Positions 1 to 12,266 of a DNA stretch of 56,363 bases are shown here, one piece after another. The position numbers were made by a program, and so were the translations under genes. Positions within the stretch are counted from its first letter, which is position 1, and every line of letters starts with the position of its first letter. The stretch is from positions 102,284,638 to 102,341,000 of the forward strand of contig NC_068983.1 of the NCBI RefSeq assembly GCF_001194135.2. The letters run 5' to 3'. This DNA comes from Octopus bimaculoides. Its lineage: Eukaryota. The notes beneath the pieces were generated by a model that had not been told where the DNA came from, did no database searches, and was given only the letters and a program-made list of their open reading frames with translations.

Positions 1-40
<40 letters not shown>

Positions 41-359
41 GAAGAAAGTTAATGGTTCTACAAGAAAGAGGGGGAGAGAAGAGAAATAGAGGAGAGAAGG
101 CGGAATAATTGGAGAAGAGAATGAGAAACTTGAAAATTCGTTCATTTCCATTTCATTCAATATCAGTGGAATTGAATGCTCATCAACGACGCGCTTTTCA
201 GCGATTTTTTTGGGGCCCAAATCAAGATATGGTGGCCTCTCTGAATTTACGAATATGTGCTGACGAAACATACGTCATGAGTTAAACAATAATACTACTG
301 CTTAAGGCGGTTAGCTTATTTCATTTACTGGCTACTAAGGTCTATTGAGTCATTCAGAG

Positions 360-907
360 CAGGACTCCCCCTAACCATCTGGTTGCGGACTAGTCCTGGA
401 CCGTAGATCATTTGGTACCGGGCCGCACAGAAAGAATAGATTTTAAAAATTTCATTATTAGTTTATTGATTATTGCAGTCTACATATGTAATAATGACGC
501 AAGGCCTAGTGGTTAGGGTGTTGCACTCACGATCATGGTTTCAATTCCTGGTACGTTGTGTTCTTGAGCGAGACACTTCATCTCACCTTCTGCGATCACT
601 TCAACACCTGACGTGTGTTACACTGTGGACCTATTAAGACAACGTCTATCTGATGGAGGGAGTTAGCTAATGTACAGCACAAACATTTGATCATTATAAA
701 CAAACCATATGTGCAGCTTGTTCAACAAGAAATTGCAGAACCATCTTTCTCGGATTGCGGGGAACTACCACCACTATGATATATGTAATTATTAAATTAT
801 ATATTATGCACTTTATTATGCTTTGTCATGCGCCTAATCCCTCAGTCTGTGGGGACATTGTTTTGAATGGAATCGGTCCACGGTGCGAAAATAATTAGGA
901 ACCGCTG
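360..907. mobile_element. Non-autonomous hAT (Charlie/MER30-like) MITE
   Basis: Left end CAGGACTCCCCCTAACC...GGACCGTAGATCATTTGGTACCGGGCCGCACAG; right end GGTCCACGGTGCGAAAATAATTAGGAACCGCTG. The flanking 8-mers ATTCAGAG (352-359) and ATTTAGAA (908-915) match 6/8 and resemble the Charlie NTCTAGAN target. Confidence 0.7.
496..775 (+). mobile_element. tRNA-derived CORE-type SINE nested in the hAT MITE
   Basis: A-box-like GGCCTAGTGGTTAGG, B-box-like GGTTTCAATTCC, then TGTGTTCTTGAGCGAGACACTT (CORE-like). The 3' boundary is approximate. Confidence 0.7.
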
Positions 908-920
908 ATTTAGAACTTAA

Positions 921-1140
921 CCCTTTAGTATTCAGATTAGTCTATCTAATGTAATGCTTATTTATTCATATTGTTTAAAATTAATCATGCATTATCTTGT
1001 AGCTTTGAGATCTCAACGATGTGACTGTATATTTTTAAAATGACATTGTACAGTAGGTATGAGAGATTGGATCTGGCCAGTTTGAATCTAAAACAGGTGA
1101 AATATTTGGGCCTGATACGGCCGGTTAAAAAGTGAAAGGG
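921..1140. mobile_element. piggyBac-like MITE
   Basis: TTAA at 917-920 and 1141-1144; termini CCCTTTAG ... TGAAAGGG. Confidence 0.7.
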
Positions 1141-1463
1141 TTAAATGTTTTGAACAGGGCCAGAGCAAAATGCTTGTCACAAGAAGGGGCATGTTAATAG
1201 CATTGTAGGTCCTCAGGGAAAAGCAATGCACTGAGACAGGCAGTACTTTATTGAGTGAAAACCACAGACTACATACATTACATAGATTAGTATTGGAGTC
1301 CTAGACCCGTGTGATCCCGGGCAACTAGTTCAGTGTGCCCAGGCCTCAAGACGGCACTGGTAATAAGATCACACACCACTGACCATATCTCTACGGTTTT
1401 TTTGTGACATATCCATTTGAGAAAACCTCCTATAGTTCTTGAGAACTGGAAGAAAGACACGAG

Positions 1464-1665
1464 GAGTGTGTGTGTGAGAGAGAGGGGGAGAGAGAGAGAG
1501 AGGGAGATGAAGAGAGAGAGAAAGTGAGAGAGAAAGAGAAAGGGAGCGAAAGAGAAAGAGAAAGGGGGGCGAGAGAGATAGAGAGAGAAGAGAGACAAAG
1601 AGAAAGTGAGACAGAGAGAGAGAAAGAAAGACAAAGAGAAAGAGAGAGAGAGAGAGAGAGGGGTG
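1464..1665. repeat. (GT)/(GA)-rich microsatellite
   Basis: Direct reading; it explains the low-complexity ORFs at 1287-1924. Confidence 0.95.
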
Positions 1666-2894
1666 GGGGAGAAAATAGAAGTAAAATAAAAGTTCCTTTT
1701 CTTTCATATTCATTGCACAACAAGTAAATTATTAGCATCGTGCTCTGTACTAACCAATATATACGTTTGTGTTTGCTTAAGTATGCACACACACTGGCAA
1801 GCACACAAACACATACACTTGCACGTAGACACATACCCACACATATATACATATATACATATATACATACATGCATACGTATATATACATAAAAGCTCAT
1901 TGGATTAAATAAAAGTGCAAACATATTCTTTCTGTACTAGTGGAGCGCAGAAAAAAAGAGAAAGGAAGTCTCCTGACAGACTGTTTTACTGTTTGTTGAA
2001 CGTTCTTCAGAGAAGACGTACTTGGCTTCCTCCTCCCAATCAATCGCATAGACCAGTCGCTTATAAAGCAGTCGTGAATTAGACTAGCACCGCAACGAAC
2101 CTTTCAAGTACATATAAATCCAATTAGGCTATCCACCATAATGCTAACCTAATTCACGACTGCCTTCTTACAAGTAGTAGACTTGTGCTATTGATTAGGG
2201 AAAGAAAGCAGGGCCTCTGTTCTGTGGAGCGGTTAACAAACCATGCAACGGTCTGTTATATATATATATATATATATATATNNNNNNNNNNNNNNNNNNN
2301 NNNNNNNNNNNNNNNNNNNNNNNNNNNNNNNNNNNNNNNNNNNNNNNNNNNNNNNNNNNNNNNNNNNNNNNNNNNNNNNNNNNNNNNNNNNNNNNNNNNN
2401 NNNNNNNNNNNNNNNNNNNNNNNNNNNNNNNNNNNNNNNNNNNNNNNNNNNNNNNNNNNNNNNNNNNNNNNNNNNNNNNNNNNNNNNNNNNNNNNNNNNN
2501 NNNNNNNNNNNNNNNNNNNNNNNNNNNNNNNNNNNNNNNNNNNNNNNNNNNNNNNNNNNNNNNNNNNNNNNNNNNNNNNNNNNNNNNNNNNNNNNNNNNN
2601 NNNNNNNNNNNNNNNNNNNNNNNNNNNNNNNNNNNNNNNNNNNNNNNNNNNNNNNNNNNNNNNNNNNNNNNNNNNNNNNNNNNNNNNNNNNNNNNNNNNN
2701 NNNNNNNNNNNNNNNNNNNNNNNNNNNNNNNNNNNNNNNNNNNNNNNNNNNNNNNNNNNNNNNNNNNNNNNNNNNNNNNNNNNNNNNNNNNNNNNNNNNN
2801 NNNNNNNNNNNNNNNNNNNNNNNNNNNNNNNNNNNNNNNNNNNNNNNNNNNNNNNNNNNNNNNNNNNNNNNNNNNNNNNNNNNNNNNNNNNNNN

Positions 2895-2949
<55 letters not shown>

Positions 2950-3427
2950 ATGTATGTATGTATATGTATATGTATGTATGCATGTATGTATGTATATATG
3001 TATACACGTATAAACAACTAGAGAAAAAATTATATACCCAACACTTCCAAGCATTTTGGAAAGAATCACATTAACAACACAAAAATTGAAATGAGATCTA
3101 TCCAAGAAAACGCCGCTAACATCAACAGCCTTATCACATGTTGAACCACCCCATGTTACGTAAACATCCCATGTTATGTAAACCAGTCCATATTACGTAA
3201 ACGAAAGCAAACTAATTGATAGACCCTCTCCACTGAAAGAACATATCCGTTATTCTCGTAATAAACGTTGTCACCATTGGTGATCAGAAGAAACGTTTTT
3301 GTAGTAGGTGAGGTAAAAGATGCAAATCCTCAGCCGGGATAAAAACAAAAGCCAGTTTCTTTTTGGAGTTCATTAACAAGTTGTAGTCATAGTCATAATC
3401 ATTTTTGAGCCAAACTCCATGATGTAC

Positions 3428-3731
<304 letters not shown>

Positions 3732-4139
3732 ATGCTACTAAATGAGAATTTATGCGTATTTCCACATGGTATCTTGGCTTTTATACTCAGTCTCCTGGGA
3801 ATCTAGCGTCACAAATGGTACATATTTGGAGTTAGGGTAACGCTGGAAATGTTACTATACCACTTTAGTCCTCCATCGTACTGCGCAAATTTAGAACACC
3901 CTATAACATACTGTCTTTCTGTTTGAGTGTGATGTTTAACTGCTGGGGAACAATTTCTCCGGATTCCCTCAATATTTTGTTACTTCTTGGGCGAAATACT
4001 CTTGTATTGAAATATTTCTACGTTAATGTGTCTTCAAAGCGAAGAACTCTCTCTCATACTGATTGGGAGAAATGGAAAGAAGACAGGAAAATGACTGGAA
4101 TAACAAATCGAGAAAATTTAGTGACACCTCCCGTATTGA

Positions 4140-5775
4140 AAATGATGTGTGGTGCGTCGGATTTCACCAGTGCTCCAAAATCAGGGTGTCGTCCCAGCAT
4201 GGCTGGAGCTCCGTCCGAACAAACTGAAGAAACCATATTCCACGAAAGCCCATTGTCTCTGAAGAATTCATCCACGAGTTTCTTCACGCCAGCTGCCTTG
4301 GTTGTTGTTAGAGGCTTACAAAATAAAAAAAAAAATCTTCCTTTATCACGTCGTATTTTACATAGCACCCGAATACAACAAGCGAGCTTAGATTGAAAAC
4401 GTCGGCGGTCTCATCGAGCTGGAGGCTGATTTTTGCTGGGCTTGAAATCAGAACTGCAACTACTTGAGCCAAGATGTCATCGCTCAAGTCGTATATTCTG
4501 CTGCTGATAATGTCATTTGAAAGAGGAATTTGGGATAACTTATCTTCAGCTGCTTTTTCCAGCATGATATTCGCCATCTTCAACGCAGCTGGTTTTACAA
4601 GTGTTTCACCAATGGTATGTAGTTTGCCTTGCTTTGCGATCAGGTACGCAACTTCGTACGATGCCGTGAGGATCAGTTTGTTGATGGGTACAAAATCGAG
4701 AACAGGCAGAGTAGCCTTTTCATCGAATCTGATTCTCTTTACCTTGAATTCAGCGAGCGTTGTCTTCTTGCATTTCTAATCTCCATGGAGCTTTAGGAAG
4801 TGATCCCATAGTTTTACCGGTGCTAGACTAGAATTGCTCAACTTAGCATTGTAAATCATGCACTGAGGACGCTAACTCACATCACGTTCCTTTATACACG
4901 TGAATCCATATTGTACGTATTCGTCGAGCATCTTTCTTTTTTTGATCGACATAGTATTAAGGGCTTGAAATATTACAAGAAAATCACAAATGACGTACAA
5001 TCACAACAGCCACAAGTGGACTACTGAGCGCACCAAGTTCCCTGCAGCACAGATATCAAAGCCAAGCGATGTGGCGTGATCAGCTGCAGCCAATGATGGC
5101 CAAGTGGAGCGTGATGTCACGAATAATACGAGTGGGCTGAACGGGACGAACAAACACACATAAGCTGGGCCGATATCTGCTTTGTTCGAAACGCTTTAAA
5201 ATTTACTTTATTTATTTATAAGTTAATATTTTAAAATCAAATTTTATATTGTTATCGTAATTTATCGTTTAATAAACTAGTTTATCACGGAAATTTATTT
5301 TGTGTAACAAATTTTTACTAAGCAACTAAATATTTGTAATCTAACACGGCGAAGAAAGCGGCGAGCTGGCAAAAAGACGGTGAGCTGGCCGAAACGTTAG
5401 CACGCCGGACGAAAGGCTTAGCGGTATTTCGTCTGTCTATACGTTCTGAGTTTAAATTCCACCGAGGTCGACTTTGCTTTTCATCCTTTCGGGGTCGATA
5501 AATTAAGTACCAGTTGCGTACTGGGGTCGATCTAATCGACCGGCCCCCTCCCCCAAAATTTCGGGCCTTGTTTCTAGTGTAGAAAAGAATCTAACACGGC
5601 GAAGAAAAATTGTGTGTTGCCAAATTGCGGGCAACCGATTTTTTGACGGCTGACAAAAACGACCCGATATTGCTAGTGTGAACTGGACTATACTGTGTGT
5701 CTTAACCCCTGCTGAACCTGTGAGACTGACTAACGAAACCCTGGGGTTCGATCGAACCCAGGTTAAGAACCACTG
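4140..5775 (-). mobile_element. Decayed hAT transposon (Buster/Charlie, FAM200/ZBED8-like transposase), 3'-truncated
   Basis: 5' TIR CAGTGGTTCTTAACC ends at 5775. From the ATG at 4952 the minus strand translates to MSIKKRKMLDEYVQYGFT...RPQCMIYNAKLSN...HTIGETLVKPAALKMANIML...IPLSNDIISSRI...SLQLDETAD...CKPLTTT...VCSDGAPAMLG, with in-frame stops and a frameshift. No 3' TIR found. Confidence 0.9.
5358..5587 (+). mobile_element. tRNA-derived SINE family A, full length with 20-bp TSD, nested in the hAT element
   Basis: Head GCGGCGAGCTGGC..., central GTCGACTTTGCTTTTCATCCTTTCGGGGTCGATAAATTAAGTACCAG. TSD AATCTAACACGGCGAAGAAA at 5338-5357 and 5588-5607. Confidence 0.9.
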
Positions 5776-5842
5776 ATATATTTGATCTGGCTTTTACGTC
5801 GAAATTGTGATATAGTGCGATTTATCATAAAATCATACTTAG

Positions 5843-6052
5843 TTATTGGTTTCAAATTTTGGCACAAAGCCAGCAATTTCTGAGGAGAAGCAAATCAATT
5901 ACATCGACCCCAGTGCTTAGCTGGTACTTACTTTATCGACCCCGAAGGATGAAAGGCAAATGCGACCTCGGCCGAATTTAAACCCAGAACATAAAGACGG
6001 TCGAAATGCAGCTAAGCATTTTGGCCGTCTAATGATTCTGACAGCTCGCCGC
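5843..6052 (-). mobile_element. SINE family A
   Basis: Reverse complement of the family A head and central domain; ends CAGCTCGCCGCC. Confidence 0.85.
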
Positions 6053-6849
6053 CTTATTCCTATTTAGCTATTGCTGTCATTTTTTCAGTTTAAGTCGAGG
6101 TCAGCCACGATTAAACATTCTTATTATCGCAGGTTTCAAGATATGGTGACTCGGATTATTTGTATTCCCAACCACGCAATAGTAAAAAACACAAAGTGTA
6201 TTAATCCTGGGATTAATGGAATAGCTCGAACGTCGGACGGCATGTCTTGCGCAATGTGTTCCGACTCTGTGTATTCTGACTGAAAATCCCTCTCAGCCAT
6301 CAAAAAACGTAACACTTTTGTCAAGAGCTGCAATTGACAAATTATATCAGCAATTTGAGAAACCATTAGAAACAAGATCGACTGACACCACCACGCCATA
6401 TCGATAATTTAATTTCTATTATAATCCTGTTGTTGAAGTGCAACTTACATGTATACATATATTTTAGTTTTAGCAAAATGCTTATAAAGAAGCTTTTTAT
6501 AGCATGATATTGTACGAGAATTCTTTTCAATGCCCATTGCGAGTCATCGAATAACCTGCAGCATAGTAAAGGTATACCTTTGATACTTAGGTCATAGGTT
6601 CACCATAACTGACTTTAGCGGTTGTTCATTGGGTCTTTCATGACTTTCCTCTCGAGCTTTTAAATAAATTTGTAGCTAACTAAATGTCCTCACACCCTAC
6701 TAGAAACTGTAATCAGTTAGATGCCCACAAATCATATCGCTTCTGTCTTAAAAAGTTTAGAAAGAAAGAACACATTCGGTAATCTTCTAGACATACATAA
6801 ATAGGACGGTCACAGCTGGAACGTTTATAGTAGGTTACTTTGCTCACTG

Positions 6850-7231
6850 TGGAGGCGCAATGGCCCAGTGGTTAGGGCAGCGGACTCGCGGTCATAGGAT
6901 CGCCGTTTCGATTCCCAGACCGGGCGTTGTGAGTGTTTATTGAGCGAAAACACCTAAAGCTCCACGTGGCTCCGGCAGGGGATGGTGGCGAACCCTGCTG
7001 TACTCTTCCACCACAACTTTCTCTCACTCTTACTTCCTGTTTCTGTTGTGCCTGTAATTCAAAGGGTCAGCCTTGTCACACTGTGTCACGCTGAATATCC
7101 CCGAGAACTATGTTAAGGGTACACGTGTCTGTGGAGTGCTCAGCCACTTGCACGTTAATTTCACGAGCAAGCTGTTCCGTTGATCGGATCAACTGGAACC
7201 CTCGACGTCGTAAGCGACGGAGTGCCAACAC
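6850..7231 (+). mobile_element. tRNA-derived SINE family B, full length with 13-bp TSD
   Basis: A box TGGCCCAGTGGTTAGG, B box GTTTCGATTCCC. TSD ACTTTGCTCACTG at 6837-6849 and 7232-7244. The tail is shared with the copies at 36180 and 33740. Confidence 0.9.
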
Positions 7232-7279
7232 ACTTTGCTCACTGATGATCTATTACTGAATAACATAATCAAAATACTC

Positions 7280-7294
7280 GTTAGTTAGTCACCC

Positions 7295-7347
<53 letters not shown>

Positions 7348-7357
7348 GCTGCTGCTG

Positions 7358-7418
<61 letters not shown>
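7280..7418. repeat. (CTA)n microsatellite with a (CTG) interruption
   Basis: Direct reading. Confidence 0.95.
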
Positions 7419-7422
<4 letters not shown>

Positions 7423-7839
7423 GGTTCTTGCAGAAGTGTAACCGTGTCTTTGAAGTCAAGTGTATTTTCCATAGATATTTGTGTAACGTCGATGAGACAG
7501 CAGATACAAACTCTTTTAAATGCAAGCAGTCACTGCAACGAAATCAAAGATTTAAATATATCCTCATTACCACTTCTCACTTCCAAATCATCATATTTCA
7601 GCTCAGAAGATAATATTTTCGTTTATATTAAGTGACCACATCACAACTATCTTTATCAAATTTAGTGAAGGCCTGCTATGGTTTTCAACCATTCGTTCAG
7701 CTCACTTGAGTCGAAAATAAATGTATTTTCTTTAGCTTACGAATATTTAAGACTTACATATAGTAAAACACTAGGAACTGTAACAAGAATACATAACGTG
7801 ACAAACATTTATGTTAATTTATTAATTACAAAAATAATT

Positions 7840-8430
7840 TCACCACGTTTTGCGATGGTACTTGGCAAGATGTCTACAAGATGCACACTTTACAACAAAG
7901 ATTGTTTAGAGTGATGAAGCTCTATCTAAATTTCATGGCTCAGTTAACTGCCACAGATGCATCTACTTCGGATTTGAGAATCCGCATATTACGGAAGGAC
8001 ATTACGTTAATTTATCAGGAGTTACAGCATGGTCCGGTTTATCATCAAAGGGAGTAATTGCACTATTCTTTTTTGACAGTCTTGTGGCTGATCCCATTTA
8101 CTCGAACTTGCGACAATCTCTCATGTAAGGCATTCATTAGGACTTTAGCGAGATGGTGCACCCCACACTACCATAGCCATGGTATTAAAAGCAGCCATTG
8201 AACAAGAATGCGCACAAATACCGAATGAAATGCTTCATGATGTTTGCAATATCCCTGCATCACATTATCAGCAGTGCCTGGACCAGAATGGCCATCAGGT
8301 TGAAAAAGGTGTCCTTAAAAGAATTAAATTCTGTCTGCAGATTCTACGAAACTTTCAAAATGGACTATACGTTAATAAACACAAACTTCATAATAATTCA
8401 ATGTGAGTAGACATTCTTGGGGAACTTACA
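7840..8430 (+). mobile_element. Tc1/mariner transposase relic with internal deletion
   Basis: Translates to [70 protein letters not shown] (first catalytic Asp in SDEA, codon 7913-7915). Later LKAAIEQECAQIPNEMLHDVCN...QQCLDQNGHQVE is a typical C-terminus. Confidence 0.8.
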
Positions 8431-8924
8431 CACACACACACACACACACANNNNNNNNNNNNNNNNNNNNNNNNNNNNNNNNNNNNNNNNNNNNNNNNNN
8501 NNNNNNNNNNNNNNNNNNNNNNNNNNNNNNNNNNNNNNNNNNNNNNNNNNNNNNNNNNNNNNNNNNNNNNNNNNNNNNNNNNNNNNNNNNNNNNNNNNNN
8601 NNNNNNNNNNNNNNNNNNNNNNNNNNNNNNNNNNNNNNNNNNNNNNNNNNNNNNNNNNNNNNNNNNNNNNNNNNNNNNNNNNNNNNNNNNNNNNNNNNNN
8701 NNNNNNNNNNNNNNNNNNNNNNNNNNNNNNNNNNNTATATATATATATGCATATAAGAAGGGATGACCGAAAGGTGGACATCTAATATGCTAGAAAGAGG
8801 TCATCAACGACCCAACCACAAAGAAAAATAATGTTCTCCAGAAAAAAAATTCCGCAATGTATATATATATGCATGTATATATATATATATATATATATAT
8901 GCTTGCATATATGTATGTATGTAA

Positions 8925-9170
8925 AAAGGGTAGAAGGGTAAAGGCTCCCTTCGGTCATGAATGACCATGGGGTTGCATCTAGAAAGTTCCCCGCCGAGGC
9001 ACAAATCTGGGCAAGATTGTTTTCTGGAAGACCAGCAATCGCCCATGCATACCAGCCTCTCCTCTCCACGCCATCAAAGTTATCCAAGAGAAGGACACAG
9101 GCCGATACAGCTTGGCACCAGTGACGTAGTAACTCGTTTCTACAGGTGAGTGAAATGGAGTAACAAGAAA
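8925..9170 (-). mobile_element. 3' part of a SINE with an RTE-type tail
   Basis: Minus strand ...GTCACTGGTGCCAAGCTGTATCGGCC...CCCATGGTCATTCATGACCGAAGGGAGCCTTTACCCT. Family assignment is by recognition only. Confidence 0.55.
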
Positions 9171-9329
9171 TAAATCATCCCGAATCCGTCGGGAGGATTG
9201 CCTCACTACCTTTCTTTACTCGAGAGCATACGCTTGGGTGTCTAGACTTAGAGAATGACATTTACTTGATTTCTCAGAATGTTCAAGACATGCAGAGAAA
9301 GATAGACATGCAGAAGTAATAGCGAAGCC

Positions 9330-9700
9330 GAAACTAAGAGTTAACGTCAGGCATAGATCATGAAAATTGGAAGCAATGACTCTGACTCTATAATGGACAA
9401 AAAAATCTTATGTTGGACGAAGTGAAACGTTTTACATATCAAAGAAGAGTATGGTCAACAACTAGAGGTACAGAGGAGATCATCAAACGAGATTTGGAAA
9501 AGCGAGACAAGTGTTTAATATTTTAAAGCTTATGTGGAGAGTAAAGGCTCTGTCCAAACGAATTAAGTCGAGAATTTTCAATATCAGCGTCAAATCCGTT
9601 CTGCTATATGGTGCTAAGTCATGGCAAATGAACACAAATGTTCTTAGCTCCAAACATTCATGAACAGATGCCTGAAACATTAGAGAAATTACGAGCAACA
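9330..9700 (+). mobile_element. RTE-clade LINE ORF relic (C-terminal RT region)
   Basis: LDEVKRFTY...TTRGTEE..., then FGKARQVFNILKLMWRVKALSKRIKSRIFNISVKSVLLYGAKSW, with frameshifts. Confidence 0.8.
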
Positions 9701-9959
9701 AAAATGTTTTTGCCGAAGACAAGTAGGAGCAACAATGGCGAGATATTAAGATTAGAAGGGTGTTTGGACTGTTTCATCGTTCCAAAAAGTCACGACTGTT
9801 TTTTGTTATTTGTCTATGAAATGTCCCTTAAAGCATCACCCTCATGGTAAATAAACAAACGAGTATTATATGATTACGGCGATGACGACGATAACAATGT
9901 TGATGAAAAACATGAGAGCGAAGATAATACTGATGGTAGTGGAAATGATGGTCATTTTG

Positions 9960-10015
9960 CATGGTAATGACGGTGGTGGTGGTGGTGGTGATGATGATGG
10001 TGTTGGTAATGATAT

Positions 10016-10050
<35 letters not shown>

Positions 10051-10223
10051 AGGAGGATAGAAGGATAAGAAGAGAAAGTCAAAGTCGAGTAGCAGAGAGA
10101 GATATTTTGAGGGTGTTACTTTTTTTTTTTTACATTTTTCATTTTCCTTTCTTTACCCCGCATCCCCGGCTCTCAAACAATTTTCACTCACTTTAACTAT
10201 TCTACCTTCTCTGTCTCCAGCTC

Positions 10224-10274
<51 letters not shown>

Positions 10275-10345
10275 CTCTCTCTCTCTCCCTCTCTCTCCCT
10301 CGCACGCACGCACACACACACACACACGCGCGCGCGCTCGCGCGC
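9960..10345. repeat. Cluster of (GGT)/(GAT), (TTTC), (CT), (CA) and (CG) simple repeats
   Basis: Direct reading. Confidence 0.9.
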
Positions 10346-11263
10346 TCTCGCTTTATTGTTCTTTTCAAACATATCTAAAAATACTCTATTTTCATTTAAT
10401 ATAACATTAAACAACGAAGATTAAGTGAGCGTATGTCTCTCTGCACTTTCGTCTCCCTCTTCCCTCTCTTTCTCGCAAATGCACGCATATACTTTCCCTC
10501 CATTTCGTATCTCACACTTAAGCGGATACACCTAAATACATTCACATCACACANNNNNNNNNNNNNNNNNNNNNNNNNNNNNNNNNNNNNNNNNNNNNNN
10601 NNNNNNNNNNNNNNNNNNNNNNNNNNNNNNNNNNNNNNNNNNNNNNNNNNNNNNNNNNNNNNNNNNNNNNNNNNNNNNNNNNNNNNNNNNNNNNNNNNNN
10701 NNNNNNNNNNNNNNNNNNNNNNNNNNNNNNNNNNNNNNNNNNNNNNNNNNNNNNNNNNNNNNNNNNNNNNNNNNNNNNNNNNNNNNNNNNNNNNNNNNNN
10801 NNNNNNNNNNNNNNNNNNNNNNNNNNNNNNNNNNNNNNNNNNNNNNNNNNNNNNNNNNNNNNNNNNNNNNNNNNNNNNNNNNNNNNNNNNNNNNNNNNNN
10901 NNNNNNNNNNNNNNNNNNNNNNNNNNNNNNNNNNNNNNNNNNNNNNNNNNNNNNNNNNNNNNNNNNNNNNNNNNNNNNNNNNNNNNNNNNNNNNNNNNNN
11001 NNNNNNNNNNNNNNNNNNNNNNNNNNNNNNNNNNNNNNNNNNNNNNNNNNNNNNNNNNNNNNNNNNNNNNNNNNNNNNNNNNNNNNNNNNNNNNNNNNNN
11101 NNNNNNNNNNNNNNNNNNNNNNNNNNNNNNNNNNNNNNNNNNNNNNNNNNNNNNNNNNNNNNNNNNNNNNNNNNNNNNNNNNNNNNNNNNNNNNNNNNNN
11201 NNNNNNNNNNNNNNNNNNNNNNNNNNNNNNNNNNNNNNNNNNNNNNNNNNNNNNNNNNNNNNN

Positions 11264-11479
11264 TTCTTTTCTGCTCTAGGTATAAGGCCTGAAATTTTTG
11301 AGGAGGGGGCTGGTCAATTAAATCGACCTCAGTACGCAACTGGTACTTAATTTATCGACCCGGAAAGAATGAAAGGTAAAGTCGACCTCGGTGGAATTTG
11401 AACTCAGAACGTGAAGACAGACGAAATACCGCTAAGCCTTTCGCTCAGCGTGCTCACGTTTCTGCCAGTTCGCCGCCTT
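11264..11479 (-). mobile_element. SINE family A (same subfamily as 5358-5587)
   Basis: Shares the CAGTACGCAACTGG and GCCTTTCG diagnostic segments with the 5358 copy; abuts a gap. Confidence 0.85.
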
Positions 11480-11529
11480 AAGAAAAAAAGAGGATTCAAA
11501 ATAGAAGAAACTATTTATTTCCAATAGAT

Positions 11530-12095
11530 GCATGAATGTAATTTGAGTCTAGGTCTGGAGTTTGCTATGAAGTCATATTGAGGATACTGATGACTTTGAT
11601 TTTGCCTGGGATTGGACAAATGTGTCTGTTTATTGCAGGTTATAACTCTTTTATTGTTCTGGGGTTTTTTTCAACTCAAATTCCTGTGATGTATCATGAT
11701 ACATTTTACGTCACGCAGATCGATCTGGGCAGCAGCTTTCCCAAGAAGTCATATTAAGCTGTAGTTTTCGTGAGTACATCAACTTATCCTTATACCTAAG
11801 GATGGAACTTCTTTAATCGCAGTATCCCTCTGCTGGTTGGCCACACAAAAGAATTTCTGGAAGGCGATAATCTTTCATTCGTACATGTCCTACCCAATTG
11901 CGCTGAACTTTCAATAGCATACTTTTGATACCGGAGATATCACAGTTTTCTAAAATTTTGACATTTGATATATTGCCATTTTATGATGCAGATATTGCGC
12001 AGACAGCACATGTGAAAGGGCTTACGTCTCTTTATGTGTCTGTAGTTGGGAGTCCATACTCCTGCCCCGTACAAAAGTGTGTTCATAATACAAGA
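11530..12095 (-). mobile_element. RTE/BovB-like LINE 3' end relic
   Basis: Minus strand gives VMNTLLYGAGVWTPNYRHIKRRKPFHMCCLRNICIIKWQY / ISNVKILENCDISGIKSMLLKVQRNWVGHVRMKDYRLPEILLCGQ...LRYKDKL...WESCCPDRSA*R, then a degenerate terminal zinc finger (RHICPIPGK). Confidence 0.85.
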
Positions 12096-12235
12096 TTTGT
12101 ATACCCTTATTTTAGTTTTTTAAAAAAATTGATGTATATTTATATATATATATAACTTTATTCAATTGATACATTATTTTATACACATTCACACAAATTC
12201 GAATCAATACATATATATATATATATATATATATC

Positions 12236-12266
<31 letters not shown>

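Noticed and set aside
2185-3105. Long ORFs in the track spanning N runs (also around 8.4, 10.5, 14.5, 24.9, 27.4 and 42.1 kb)
   Set aside because: They are open only because Ns and flanking dinucleotide repeats contain no stops.
3923-4779. Plus-strand ORFs of 157 and 101 aa
   Set aside because: Largely antisense shadows of the hAT transposase relic.
6071-6399. Overlapping short ORFs, one with a hydrophobic end (AIPLIPGLIHFVFFTIAWLG) and a possible acceptor at about 6130
   Set aside because: No recognisable family, weak splice context, no partner exons; cannot be supported without RNA data.
6850-6925. tRNA gene calls for SINE heads
   Set aside because: A and B boxes are present but continue into SINE bodies with TSDs; no complete cloverleaf or terminator.
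11925-12155. DILPFYD resembling a tyrosine-phosphatase motif
   Set aside because: It is the antisense strand of the RTE LINE relic.
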